In this document: in pieces, positions 26,740-58,400 of the stretch
How positions within the stretch are numbered: the first letter of the stretch is position 1
Layout of the letters: each line of letters opens with the position of its first letter
Source of the DNA: Orbicella franksi
Taxonomy: Eukaryota
DNA length: 64,000 bases
Assembly: GCA_964199315.1 (NCBI GenBank)
Contig: OZ116700.1
Span: 9,176,001-9,240,000 of the forward strand
Reading direction: 5' to 3'
The notes under the pieces: generated by a model
The model's database searches: none
What the model was told of the DNA's origin: nothing
Seen by the model: only the letters and a program-made list of their open reading frames with translations
Position numbers and translations under genes: made by a program

Positions 26740-28632
26740 TCATACGATGACACATTTGCCTTCTTTCGCTTTTGTTGACGAGGAAGGATAAAAATATCTC
26801 CCGGAATTGATGCTTTTCAGTTGCTGATTGCTGAGGAAGCCTTTGAATATTCTCGCCGAATAAGCGTTCACAGCACTTGTGATATTCGGAGCCGTTTGGA
26901 TGGGTATGTCAGTTTTCCAGATCCATTCATTCTTGACTGGATCATAACATTCTACTTTTGTATCTAGTGGTGAAGCGGGTCTATAAAACATCCAGCAGCC
27001 AAGAGCATACAGTTGGTCATCGAATGACAAAAGCTTGGGATATTCTCCTGGTCTGATGTTCAAGCTTGCAATAAACTGCCACTCATTTGTTGTTTCACAG
27101 TATACTTCACATTGATATGTTTCGTGCATTCCCAGTTCAACCTTTCCAGTGATGAATATTCTTCCGTTACATGCAGCTCCGCTCAGGTCCATTTTCGGTC
27201 GTAGAATGTCAGCCACCCTGTCCCATTGGTTTCTGCTAATATTGTACCTGTAAACATCAGTGCAGAGTGTAAGCTTTTCATACACACCCGTTTCTGCAAC
27301 AATCCATTCTTTACCGCCAATAAAATAGACAAAATCGTCTTTGGCTACAATGCAAACATTATATCTTGCGTCCGGCAAATGATCAAATGAAGTTACATCT
27401 TCCCACGAGTTTGAATCCTGTTTGTATTTTATAATGGAGTAAATACATTTCCTCCTTTCTTCGCTTCTAACATCCCGGCGTACTCTGTAGTCCACATCTC
27501 GTCTTCCACACACCAGAGCGTATATTTCATCGTCATTGACAACAAATATTTCTTCTAATACGATGGCAAAATCTATGCATATGTCTGGTAGCCCGCTAAC
27601 AGACACTGAGTATGAATATAAATCATAGCTTGCAAATCCAAATGTATCTAGAGACCTATGTTGAAGTGAATGCAGTTTACCCCGGCGAAAGATCAATCCT
27701 CCCTTCTTCGGATATTGACGAGGCATTTCACCTAGCTTACACCATCTACCCTCACCAGGAAAATAACACAAAATAGGTTGACCATTCTGCTTACAGCTGT
27801 TATTACGGGTTACTGAGCTTATGACAACCATAACAGAGGTCTCGAGCGACTTTCTAGGTGCAATGGACAAATTACCATAGTTTTGTGAGTCAATTAAATT
27901 TATAGCGTCCACCACACGATTCAGACAGCATTCATTGTCTTTCACCAAATCATTCTTTAGAATATCACTTGGTAGAAAGTCACGCGATACAAAAACAACT
28001 CGAACGTGACCAAATAACTCGGCGAAATATTTCTGTCGTTTGTATCTGTCGTGATCAATCCATGCTAGAATAATCTTAAACACGTCTTCTTCGGCGCCAA
28101 CATTTATTTCATCACTTGAAAGCCACATTTCCATTTCTTTGCTCGACATATTAAGAACCTCTTCAGGTTCGTTTCGTATACGGCGGTGAAATTTGTAAAG
28201 AAGTATTTTTCGGTCTTCGCAAAAAGTTCTTCGCAGTGATATCTTTCGGAAAAATTGTAAAGTATTCAACATTTTTACTAAAGCTGCCTCAGCGAGCCTT
28301 TTTAAGTATGGAAGGAAGAAATAATCGGCTGAAACAACAAGGTCTCGGGCATTCTCTTCAGCCAATATCTGAATATCACCCGAACAATCATCACGAACAA
28401 TTCCTTCTCTGGACTCCTTCATGTCGCTGTTTAGTAGTTTTTCAAAGAAGGGACTTGCCTCTGAAAGAACTTGTTTATGAGCTTTGAATTTTTTGCCATC
28501 TTTGACCACCAAAATAACATCGCATCGCTGATCGGGCGTCTCTTTTGGCATAAACATTTCATTGAAATTTTCTTTCCTTAGATCTGAGGACACATGCGCA
28601 GAATTATCTCGAGTCAGAGATGAGGCTGCCAT
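26740..28632 (-). CDS. Kelch-like K3, 630-aa open frame with damaged BTB and BACK; C-terminal CVIV
   Basis: Open ORF, but with a net -42-nt replacement in BTB and a -17/-1 pair of indels giving ~32 out-of-frame residues in BACK. Functionality is uncertain. Confidence 0.75.
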   Translation of the reverse strand: MAASSLTRDNSAHVSSDLRKENFNEMFMPKETPDQRCDVILVVKDGKKFKAHKQVLSEASPFFEKLLNSDMKESREGIVRDDCSGDIQILAEENARDLVVSADYFFLPYLKRLAEAALVKMLNTLQFFRKISLRRTFCEDRKILLYKFHRRIRNEPEEVLNMSSKEMEMWLSSDEINVGAEEDVFKIILAWIDHDRYKRQKYFAELFGHVRVVFVSRDFLPSDILKNDLVKDNECCLNRVVDAINLIDSQNYGNLSIAPRKSLETSVMVVISSVTRNNSCKQNGQPILCYFPGEGRWCKLGEMPRQYPKKGGLIFRRGKLHSLQHRSLDTFGFASYDLYSYSVSVSGLPDICIDFAIVLEEIFVVNDDEIYALVCGRRDVDYRVRRDVRSEERRKCIYSIIKYKQDSNSWEDVTSFDHLPDARYNVCIVAKDDFVYFIGGKEWIVAETGVYEKLTLCTDVYRYNISRNQWDRVADILRPKMDLSGAACNGRIFITGKVELGMHETYQCEVYCETTNEWQFIASLNIRPGEYPKLLSFDDQLYALGCWMFYRPASPLDTKVECYDPVKNEWIWKTDIPIQTAPNITSAVNAYSARIFKGFLSNQQLKSINSGRYFYPSSSTKAKEGKCVIV

Positions 28633-28839
28633 CTTTTAACTTACCAAAATACAAGATGCTTGGTTTTAAAGACGCTAGACTGCGAAGGATTTCGTTTGAC
28701 TCTCCGCTTGTCGCTTCGATGCTGTTTTACTTCTGTTATCTCGGCTCTATTTCGTTTCTCTTTGTTCTTTTGGAAATAACGATCGGAAATCTCATCTGTG
28801 TTCGTAGACCGTCTAATAGATTCGATTTCTGAACAACCA

Positions 28840-29070
28840 ATGGACCATTTTACAGTTGTCTGCTCAGTAACATGGCCTTTGAATGGCAGCGAGGCTGGAG
28901 GTGATCTCGTTTTGATACAGACCTCACTGCTTTTGTTCTAGTTGTTCTAACGCTAATTAGGTGCATTTACATGACAAGAGCAGAGAGGTCTGTATCAAAG
29001 CAAGGTCACCTCCAGCCTCGCTGCCATTCAAAGGCCAGGTTACCGAGAAGACAGCTGTAAAATGCTCTAT
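28840..29070. mobile_element. MITE with ~65-bp inverted arms
   Basis: CATTTTACAGTTGTC...GGCCTTTGAATGGCAGCGAGGCTGGAGGTGA is mirrored by TCACCTCCAGCCTCGCTGCCATTCAAAGGCC...GACAGCTGTAAAATG. Confidence 0.8.
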
Positions 29071-29375
29071 TTGGGACGAGGTTACGAAAAAGGAAAACAG
29101 AAGCGATCGCGCCAGTGCGCGTGAGTTGGGATAAGTGACAAAATCCCACCCTGAGCCGACTGAGTAAGGTCGTGGCTGAGTATGGCGAGTAAACATGCTC
29201 AATTGCCAAAGTTCTAATCTTGTAAGAGTTTTAGAGCCGGCCGTTTTGATTTTGGAGTTTTATCTTTTAGAATTCTCTAAGATCATAAATCCGAGCTCAC
29301 TGTTACTGTCATCTCTCTCAAGGAGAACAATTGTTTAACGTGGAAATGGGTAAACTGTAAGGTCCTGAGAGAAAT

Positions 29376-29821
29376 CCCGGGTACTCCCTTATATGGGCTA
29401 TACAGGTATGTGTGGCCCCAAAGGGTATGGTTTTTCAGCCGTAAATAGGCTATCGATTTTAGCTGATTTTGGCAATTTTGGTCACAAATAGGGTATGGTT
29501 TTTGCACTCTAGCCTTGATATGGTATGTTTTGAAGAAGAAGCACTTTTCCATCATTATCGAAAAGAAAGTCAACAAAAGCCCTTCACAAATTATGTTTAC
29601 GGTAATTTAACATTGGTCTGAACTTGGGAACTAATTATAACGCAGGTATTAAACAGGGTTTTGATTTAAGGGTCAAGTCATAAATAGGGTTTCGAATTTT
29701 CGGTCAGGTCATAAATAGGGTAGAGAAAATCGCATATATTGGTCATAAATAGGGTTAGGGTTTTGGAAAGGGGGCCGCACAACCCCACCCAATTTTTCTG
29801 AGAGTACCCTCCCCACCCGGG
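29376..29821. mobile_element. hAT-type MITE (8-bp TSD)
   Basis: Ends CCCGGGTACTC ... GAGTACCC..CCCGGG; flanks AGAGAAAT / AGAGAAAG. The empty site CCCGAGAGAAATTCTCTTCTCTGTGG is seen in the paralogous unit at ~37318-37343. Confidence 0.8.
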
Positions 29822-30528
29822 AGAGAAAGTCTCTTCTCTGTGGTTATAATAGCAGACTCTTGAAACAAAATTCTGAAAGAGTTCTCGAGGCTAACACTAA
29901 AATGAAAACATACGCTCAATCAATAGATTTAAGCCGGATGTAATGGATTCAAACGACGAGAGGAATGATTTTTCTGCGTGCGTCTGAATGGCAATACATG
30001 TCAGTATAATGTCAGGCATAAGCATAGGACGGTTAATCCGCCTTTGTACATCTTGAACGACGAATTGAAAACTCAGAGCGTTTTTACACCAGACGTATGA
30101 AACAGCAGACGCCCAATACGGCAAACACCAGGCGCAGAAAGAAAACAAACAAAAAGTGGAAAACATTTGAATACACGAACAAACATTGTCTTTATTAGAT
30201 TATCATCTGACAGAATGTTCAGCAGTTAACAATACAGTGGCTGTTAGAAGCTGGAGGAATTTTTATGACTTTAGGGATGACAAGAACAGGATTTAACAAG
30301 TTCGTACAAAGCTTCCCGCAAAATGTTTTCTTAAATGTCAAAAAAGCCCAGTTTGGAATAGCTATCGTTTCACTAGTTACCAGAATTTCAATGAATTACA
30401 ATGTAGCTCGATTGTAGCCACGTATGAAAAACTAAGAAAAAGTAGGTCCGCGTGGTGTACATATTTTTAATGTAAAATCCGTTAACAATAACAGTTTGAG
30501 TGCAGCTATGTAATGGATGGCTTTTCGA

Positions 30529-32463
30529 TTACACGATGACGCATTTGCCTTCCCTTACTTTCGTTGACGAGGCAGGATGAAAATATCTCCCGGAATTGAT
30601 GCTTTTCAGTTGCTTATTGCTGAGGAGACCTTTGAATATTCTCGCCGAATAAGCGTTCACAGCTCTCGTGGTATTCGAACGCGTGGGTATGTCAGTTTTC
30701 CAGATCCATTCATTCTTGTCAGGATCATAACATTCTACTCTTGTATCTAATGGTGAAGCGGGTCTATAAAACATCCAGCAGCCAAGAGCATACAGTTGGT
30801 CATCAACTGACAAAAGCTTGGGACAAACTCCCGGTCTGATGTAGAAGCTTGCAATAAACTGCCACTCATTTGTTGTTTCACTGTACACTTCACATTGACA
30901 TGTTACTAAACGATATCCCAGTTCAACCTTTCCAGTGATGAATATTCTTCCGTTACATGCAGCTCCGCTCAGGCCCACTTTCGGTCGTTGAATGTCAGCC
31001 ACCTTGTCCCATTGGTTTCTGCTAATATTGTACCTGTAAACATCAGTGTAGAGTGTAAGCTCCTCATACTCATTTGTTTCTGCAGCAATCCATTCTTCAC
31101 CGCCAATAAAATAGACAAAATCGTCTTTGGCTACGATGCAAACATTTTTTCTTGCGTCCAAATGATCAAATGAAGTTACATCTTCCCACGAATTTGAATC
31201 CTGTTTGTATTTTATGATGGAGGAAATACATTTCTTCCTTTCTTCGCTTCTAACATCCCGTCGTACTTTGTAGTCCACATCTCGCCTTCCACACACCAGA
31301 GCGTATATTTCATCGTCATTGACAACAAATATTTCTTCTAATACCATGGCAAAATCTATGTCTGGTAACCCGCTAACAGACACCGAGTTTGAATATAGAT
31401 CATAGCTTGCAAATCCAAGCGTATCTAAAGACCTATGTTGAAGTGAATGCAGTTTACCTCGACAAAAGATCAATCCTCCCTTCTCTGGGTAATTACGAGG
31501 CATTTCACCTAGCTTACACCATCTTCCCTCACCAGGAAAATAACACAAAATAGGTTGACCATTCTGCTTACAGCTGTTATTCGGGGTTACTGCGCTAGTG
31601 ACAACCATAACAGAGGTCTCGAGCGACTTTCTAGGTGCAATGGACAAATTACCATACTTGTGTGAGTCACATAAATTTATAGCGTCCACCACACGATTCA
31701 AACAGCATTCATTGTCTTTCACCAAATCATTCTTTAGAATATCACTTGGTAGAAAGTCACGCGATACAAAAACAACTCGAACGTGACCAAATAACTCGGC
31801 GAAATATTTCTGTCGTTTGTATCTGTCGTGATCAATCCACGCTAGAATAATCTTAAACACGTCTTCTTCGGCGCCAACATTTATTTCATCACTTGAAAGC
31901 CACATTTCCATTTCTTTGCTCGACATATTAAGAACCTCTTCACGGTTCGTTTCGTACACGGCGGTGAAATTTGCAAAGAAGTATTTTTCGGTCTTCGCAA
32001 AAAGTTCTTCGCATTGATATCTTTGGGAAAAATTGTAAAGTGAAATACAGTTTGAATTAGTCAACATCTCTCCTAAAGCTGCCTCAGCGAGCCTTTTTAA
32101 GTACGGAAGAAAAAAATAATCGGCTAAAACGACAAGGTCTCGGGCATTCTCTTCAGCCAATATCTGAACATCACCCGTGTAAATAAACTGCAGTGTATTT
32201 CTCATAGCAGACTCGGAAAACATCTCCAAACGAATAATTCCTTCTCTGGACTCCCTCATGTCGCTGTTTAGTAGTTTTTCAAAGAAAGGACTTGCGTCTG
32301 AGAGAATTTGTTTATGAGCTTTGAATTCTTTGCCATCTTTGACCACCAAAATAACATCGCATCGCTGATCAGGCGTCTCTTTTGGCATAAAGAGTTCATT
32401 TTCTTTCCTTGGACTTGAGGTAACGCGCTCAGAAGTATATTCAGGCTGAAATAAGGCGGCCAT
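30529..32463 (-). CDS. Kelch-like protein K4 (BTB-BACK-Kelch), 644 aa, intact, C-terminal CVIV
   Basis: Single uninterrupted ORF with the same domain motifs as K1. Confidence 0.93.
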   Translation of the reverse strand: MAALFQPEYTSERVTSSPRKENELFMPKETPDQRCDVILVVKDGKEFKAHKQILSDASPFFEKLLNSDMRESREGIIRLEMFSESAMRNTLQFIYTGDVQILAEENARDLVVLADYFFLPYLKRLAEAALGEMLTNSNCISLYNFSQRYQCEELFAKTEKYFFANFTAVYETNREEVLNMSSKEMEMWLSSDEINVGAEEDVFKIILAWIDHDRYKRQKYFAELFGHVRVVFVSRDFLPSDILKNDLVKDNECCLNRVVDAINLCDSHKYGNLSIAPRKSLETSVMVVTSAVTPNNSCKQNGQPILCYFPGEGRWCKLGEMPRNYPEKGGLIFCRGKLHSLQHRSLDTLGFASYDLYSNSVSVSGLPDIDFAMVLEEIFVVNDDEIYALVCGRRDVDYKVRRDVRSEERKKCISSIIKYKQDSNSWEDVTSFDHLDARKNVCIVAKDDFVYFIGGEEWIAAETNEYEELTLYTDVYRYNISRNQWDKVADIQRPKVGLSGAACNGRIFITGKVELGYRLVTCQCEVYSETTNEWQFIASFYIRPGVCPKLLSVDDQLYALGCWMFYRPASPLDTRVECYDPDKNEWIWKTDIPTRSNTTRAVNAYSARIFKGLLSNKQLKSINSGRYFHPASSTKVREGKCVIV

Positions 32464-32786
32464 CTCTTAGCTTACCAAAATAGCAGACGCTTTGGTTTTA
32501 AAGACGCTAGACTGCGAAGGATTCTTGACTTTCCGCTTGTCGTTTCAGCGCCGTTTCACTTCAGTTCCCTCGGCTCTATTTCGTTTCCATTAATTTGTTC
32601 TTTCGGAAATAATGATCGGAAAACTCATCTGTGTTCGTAGACCGTTTAATAGTGTTCTTTGTGTTACAACCAATTAGGGATGAAGGTTAAGAAAACTACT
32701 TGATCCCTCCTCTCGATCGGTAGCAAGCGGAAAACACGATATGTTCGCGCATGGTTCACGGCACAGCGCAATTTCGAATGCAGCGT

Positions 32787-32891
32787 CATTGTCGTCCCCT
32801 GTGCTACTCGTCTTAAATGTCGTTGACGAGAAGCCCCCCCGTTTCGCCGACCACGCGACTAAAAGAAACGGAGGCTCTGGGGACGAGAATG
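32787..32891. mobile_element. 105-bp MITE, co-duplicated copy of 24248-24352
   Basis: Same sequence and flanks as the copy upstream of K2. Confidence 0.75.
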
Positions 32892-34964
32892 ATGCAGCTT
32901 GCGCGCGCAACTAGAATATGTGCGAAATTGGATCCAACGATACCCTAACAACTAAGAAATACAACCAACGTTAGTTTTCTGTCAACTTTGTACACAGTAA
33001 TGTAGCAAAGCAAGTAAAATGATGTTCTCGCAAGTTGCAGAGCTGGTGGTAACACGCGCAATTTAGTTTTAAATTTTAACAACATTATTGCGCGATAAGT
33101 TTCACCATGGGTACCCTCCCAATCCTGGTCACCTTGGCCACCCTCCCCAACCTCGCTACATTTGCCACCCTTGAAACCCTGGCACCACTCCTGGTGGGAA
33201 GGATGTCTCCTATCGTATTGACAGGAAGTCGTCCTATTCCGCACCGGGCAAAAAGGAAATAAAAGAAATACGCTCCCGATGTTGCCATTAGCTAAATATG
33301 CTCTCTCAGTTGTTTGTTGAAAATTACACCGTGCATAAATAATGGCGAAGGGCAAACCTACCAGGACTTGTATTGAAAAAGTTAATCATCGCAAGCGACT
33401 GAATCAAAGCTCACCTTATTGATATCAAACGTTCGCGAACCTACACAGTCAGCGTGCTGCAAAATTAAACACCACGATCGTTGTTCACGGATTGGGGAAA
33501 TAAAGAAGACAAGTATAAACTGGTATTTTATTACACTTGCGTTCAGATGTTGAAATCCAGAATACTTCATCGACCACCAGTTTTACTCTGTTTCAAACAA
33601 TGTTCTCGCAGTTGGCATGTTGTTGTCATGATTTCTATGTAGAATCTAGCGGCTGCTATTTTTCTCGGCTTTAATTTTTCTTTGGCGGGATTTTGAGGTT
33701 CTCCTTTCAACTTGCAAGATAAAGTCCCATGGAAACTCTTCGCAGGAAGTTGCATGATAACGCCACTGATTTGGTTCAAATTTTCACTGCTCGAACGAGA
33801 TTCAGAAATATTCCACATCCGCTTGTTCCGCTGTTTGTGTGACCAGTCTCACATTTCCACCCAGACCACAGTATCAGTCAACAGAAAGAGTAACAGACAG
33901 AAACAGAAAACATAAACATTGTTTTCTCTCGTGCTGGTTGCAAATAATCCACCCCTCAATGAAAGAGGGTGAGGATTTCCAAAACAGTGACCTTTCAGTT
34001 ATAAGATTGTACCACAGAATACGTCTTGAGCGCAGGCGATCGAGTGAAGTGCGTTCATTCTACAATGACTTCTTCAGTATCACTACGTGTCGGAGAAATG
34101 TCCCACAAAGTTTTGACATCGTTGTTCTTCACAAAGAAATTGCCGCAATTTCTTGATAAATAAAAGGAAACGAGCTTGTGAAGGAGAGTAGTCATCAAAA
34201 CAGATATAAACACGAAGATTTTCCGTTTAGAAAATTTGTTTGTTGATGTACTCAACACCTGCTGGTTTTTAATTGCCTGTATTCTATGTGCATTAGTCTT
34301 GGGAATAGACAAGACAGCAATGTGCAAAAAGGCTAACAAATTAACAATTTGATTTCTACACAATTAAAGATAAGAATGTGTTAGAAAAATACATTTTTTA
34401 TGATACATTATTAATTAAATTATTGATAGTTCTCATATTGAAATTACTTGATATTCAGGTAATAAAATTTCTAATTATTTCTTAATATTATACGTATTTG
34501 TTTATTTATTAATTCATATTTAACAAAATGGCACACTGACTAGAGGCTTTTCTTACTCTCGTTATAAATATAGAAAATCTTGTCTCTGTGTAATAAAATA
34601 TTGTTGCTGACATCTTATCCTGCTATGTTAAAGGAATGGAAAACGCGGGCGGTGAGTTATGTCTCCCCACTGCGTGTAACTTGCACTGGTCTCGCGCGCT
34701 CGCCTCGCGCTCAGCTTCGAAACTCACAAAAGCATGTGTTACGTTTTAATTACGCAATACATAACGGAGTCTTGACGGACTGGTAAAGTGCGTGTGTCTA
34801 ACCTGACAACAACAGTAAGACAAGCCTTAGACACTCCATGTGTTTATCTTATAGTTACAGGATATCTCGGGAAGCCAAGCAATATGAATGAAGATAAACA
34901 TTATCTATGGTCGCATATTACTATTGAATAGTCACGTGTTTCAAGTCTTGAACAAGTCGACTTT

Positions 34965-54876
<19,912 letters not shown>

Positions 54877-55404
54877 CACATTCCGTTATCAGCCACCGTT
54901 AAAAACAAACGCTAACGACGAGCATGCTTCATAAATACTTGGAAGTGTCTCTTCAACGAAACAGTGCCTCGTGTATCATGGATTTCACGAGCGCAAGCAG
55001 AACATGTAAAATGAGCTCAAGTTGTTGTTTGCTCACTGTCAAAACCTGACATGCGAAAAATTTCAAATACTCCAGATGATTCGTCGATCTCTCCAGGTTA
55101 ATTTGCTCTTATTAAACAAGCCATTATTAATTGAAATCTGATCAAGCGGCTTTGTGGCATGCCGTGTCGTTCAATCTTTCTGATCTCGGAAGTTCGCGCG
55201 CGCGCAATCTCGAACTGAAACATCAATATAGAGTTATGTAATTTTAACTTGGCGAAGTGTCACATTCCAGTGCTATTAAGTTTCCGTAAGGCAGAGAAAC
55301 AATCAAGAACTATTAAATTACCTCTTTTTGATATAAAACCAAACATCATTGTTGCGTGTTCTGATTATCTTTTGGGAACCCAAGGGCGCGCACGGTTCAA
55401 CGCC
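54877..55404. promoter_or_regulatory. Likely bidirectional promoter between the HUNK-like and GGT-like genes
   Basis: Start codons are head-to-head, 528 bp apart; there is a CG run at ~55195-55205. Confidence 0.55.
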
Positions 55405-58400
55405 ATGAATCGGCTGATTTTTGTGGCCTTGGTTTTCTTGTCCTTGGTGTGTGGAGCGTTCGCATTTCTCCACCCCGACGCTGTCTCATTCTCTCCTAAA
55501 ACATGGTTCCCACGAGATCTTCAGAGGTTAGAAGCGCTTTCTTTTCAGAGCGCGCAACGGCGTCCCAAACCACTAGCGTTCAGCGATGGGAAAGGCATGG
55601 TGGCGGGAGCCAGTAGTTCGCTGGCTGTACATGCGGGGACAGAGGCGCTAAAGAAAGGAGGCAATGCAATGGATGCATGCCTAACAACGGCTCTTACAGG
55701 TACGAAGTCTGTTCGCGAATCGACGAAGCACTTCTAAACAGTAAAACTGTTAAGACCTGTCTCCAGTTTAAAGTTCCTTACTTCAATCACGTACTTTACG
55801 TCCTTTAGAAAAATTCGTTTCCTGCTACGATTACAGATAATCAGTTGAGGTTTCCGTCTATTCAATTAAACTGGCAGAGCGGTAACGCTAAAAAGATTTC
55901 GAGATTTGTAATCTGGTTTTCTTCGAAGATAGAGTTTAAAACAAAGTTTTAAACTAGAAAACATTCCTTCGTCATCTTCAGACATGCTCTTATAGGGATT
56001 GTTCTCAGCTGCTCGATCCCCTGGACTAGATTATCAGTACTTTTTGTCTGTGTTAGGGCTAGTTGCTACTCCATCTGTCTTCAATTTTTCACTCACATAG
56101 TGAGACAAATTGTCGTCGTTTGACAGAGTTCGTGATCAGGAACATTTAAAGACTGCAGTGTCTGCCGTTTCATGTTTTGATCTCTCGATTAGCAAAACAG
56201 AGTTGTTGAATTTGAGAAATATTTTAGATAAGAATTTGACAGAGTTGATCGACGGCTTAAAATTGCAGACAAGTGGACATGGGTCAAAAGCATGTTTAGT
56301 TTCCCATTTTACTTTTTAATCAAGATCAGTTATACACTTTCTAACATACAATTTCATGCTAACCTTAGTGATAAATCACCTCTTCTCTGAGCAGACTGCC
56401 GCGTCTTTCAAATCTGAACAGACTTCGATACTTTTTGTTCTTTGTTCTTTTCACGGTCGCAAATAGATACACTCTACCACTTTAACACAGCACGACGCAA
56501 ATCGCATGAGATATTCGACTTAGAAAAATGAAAAAAAAAGAGTATCAATGCCAAGTTCACGTGTTTTTCATTGGCAAACTTTGAAACATTTGAGTATTTT
56601 TTCTCTTTAGTTTCTGAGAACACATTGGAATGCACCATAAGATATACAAGCGTATCATTTAAGTAAATATTGCTTCTTTTTCGATATTAGAAAAAACATT
56701 GACGAAGGAGCTGTCTGACATGCCAATATAAGCGTTGCCGTGATTTCCGGGGCATTGGGTAATTATAACTTAGCAGACATCGCAAGATTTTATTACAACC
56801 TTTTCGGCCCACCCTGCGGCGGTTTTCAACCAAAGGCACGTTTTTGTTGGCATATTATATAATTGCGATCAGTTATCAGTTTCTGTGCTTTGCGCTAGGT
56901 ATACAATACCGTTGTACTTGGGCGTGCTTAACCCGACTCATTCCAAAAGTGCCATGATCGAAATTTGAAATCGCCTTACCGAAAGCCATGCATTTCGTTT
57001 TATGCAGTCTTTGAGAATATTGTGGTTTGTCAAGACAATGTTCTACCTAGTCATGTTGATGTTTAACTACATTCTCATAACTGACATATGTCCCCTTGAC
57101 CAAGAAATGGTTCTATCAGGAGAAAATAGTTGTTGAATTCTCTCTAGGATCACCCTTTTTAAGGTATCGTGTCTTCTTATCCGGAAAACAGGCTAGACGA
57201 AGTGATCGAATAATCTGAGTTCTCGTGTTTTTTGTAATGAGCCGACCAGATAGAAGATCAAGAATTCTTCAGTTTCTGCAGCACAATTCGTTCATGCTCG
57301 TTCACAGATCGTTTGTGAAAACGTTTCGGTGATACATTGATTTTCCGGCCACCGATCCTAACAACGTGGGGCAACCTTTTAACAGATGTCTCGTTCATTA
57401 GTCATGCCATCATTCTGCAACATGGTACAAAATGGTTCCAGAATCTTTCATCATCCCGGGCTTGCGTGATAACTACTGTTTTCTTAACGGCAAGAAAGAG
57501 GCTTCGCATTGTTGTCTTTACAGTGAAATACCTTTAGTCTTAGCTATTTCTCTTATTTCTCTTAATCGTCTTGCATATAGTCGGTATCGTTTTGAGGTTT
57601 TCTGTGGGACCCAGAGAATGCGTCAGTTCGTTAGTGGAGAACGGAAGTTACCTTAAAGCATTTAATGCCCCCCGGGAAGCCACCTGAATGTTTTGATAGT
57701 ACTGTTTGTCAATGATGATGGATTTATCTTGTTTTAAGAATGATGTCGAACTTTGGCTCATGAACCCGTGTCTTTTCTTTGGGAGTGGCACAGCGTGAGG
57801 CGGTCAGTACCCTCGTTATATCATTTCTCAGTCACGCAAAACTTTGAGAACAACGACTTATTCGGTAATGATAAAGGTACGTTAAATTTGTCTTTAAAAC
57901 ACACTATACAAATTTGAACGGCGTAAAAGCACTCAACTGACCCTGAAAAGTCATCTCCATGAAGTTTTCAGCCGTTTGTTTTTCATAACAGATTGGCTAG
58001 TAAAAAAAAAAAAAAATCAGTTTTGTACAAGGAACACAAATTCTTAAGCTTGTTCTGACAACTTCTTGATGCGATTTTATTCTATTTCCGGTTACTCTGT
58101 CAAGAAGCGTACGAAAAGTGATTTCTAATGATATGACATTACAGGTTCCATGCTTATCTGTGATATTGCTTCCCCGGCCACTTCGATTTGATGACGCATT
58201 CTTGCTAATCACGAAACAATTATAGTTATCAGTTAGATTTAAAACAGATCAAAAAGAGCGAAATCACTGATCGATCTTTGATTCTTGTATGCGGAATGCC
58301 ATCGAGGTTTCTTTTTAGTCCATTAAGAAGACTTAAATGTGTAAAAAAGAGAGATTTCTATGAGATCTTGTTTTGATCGTTCAGTTTCTTCCACTAAATA

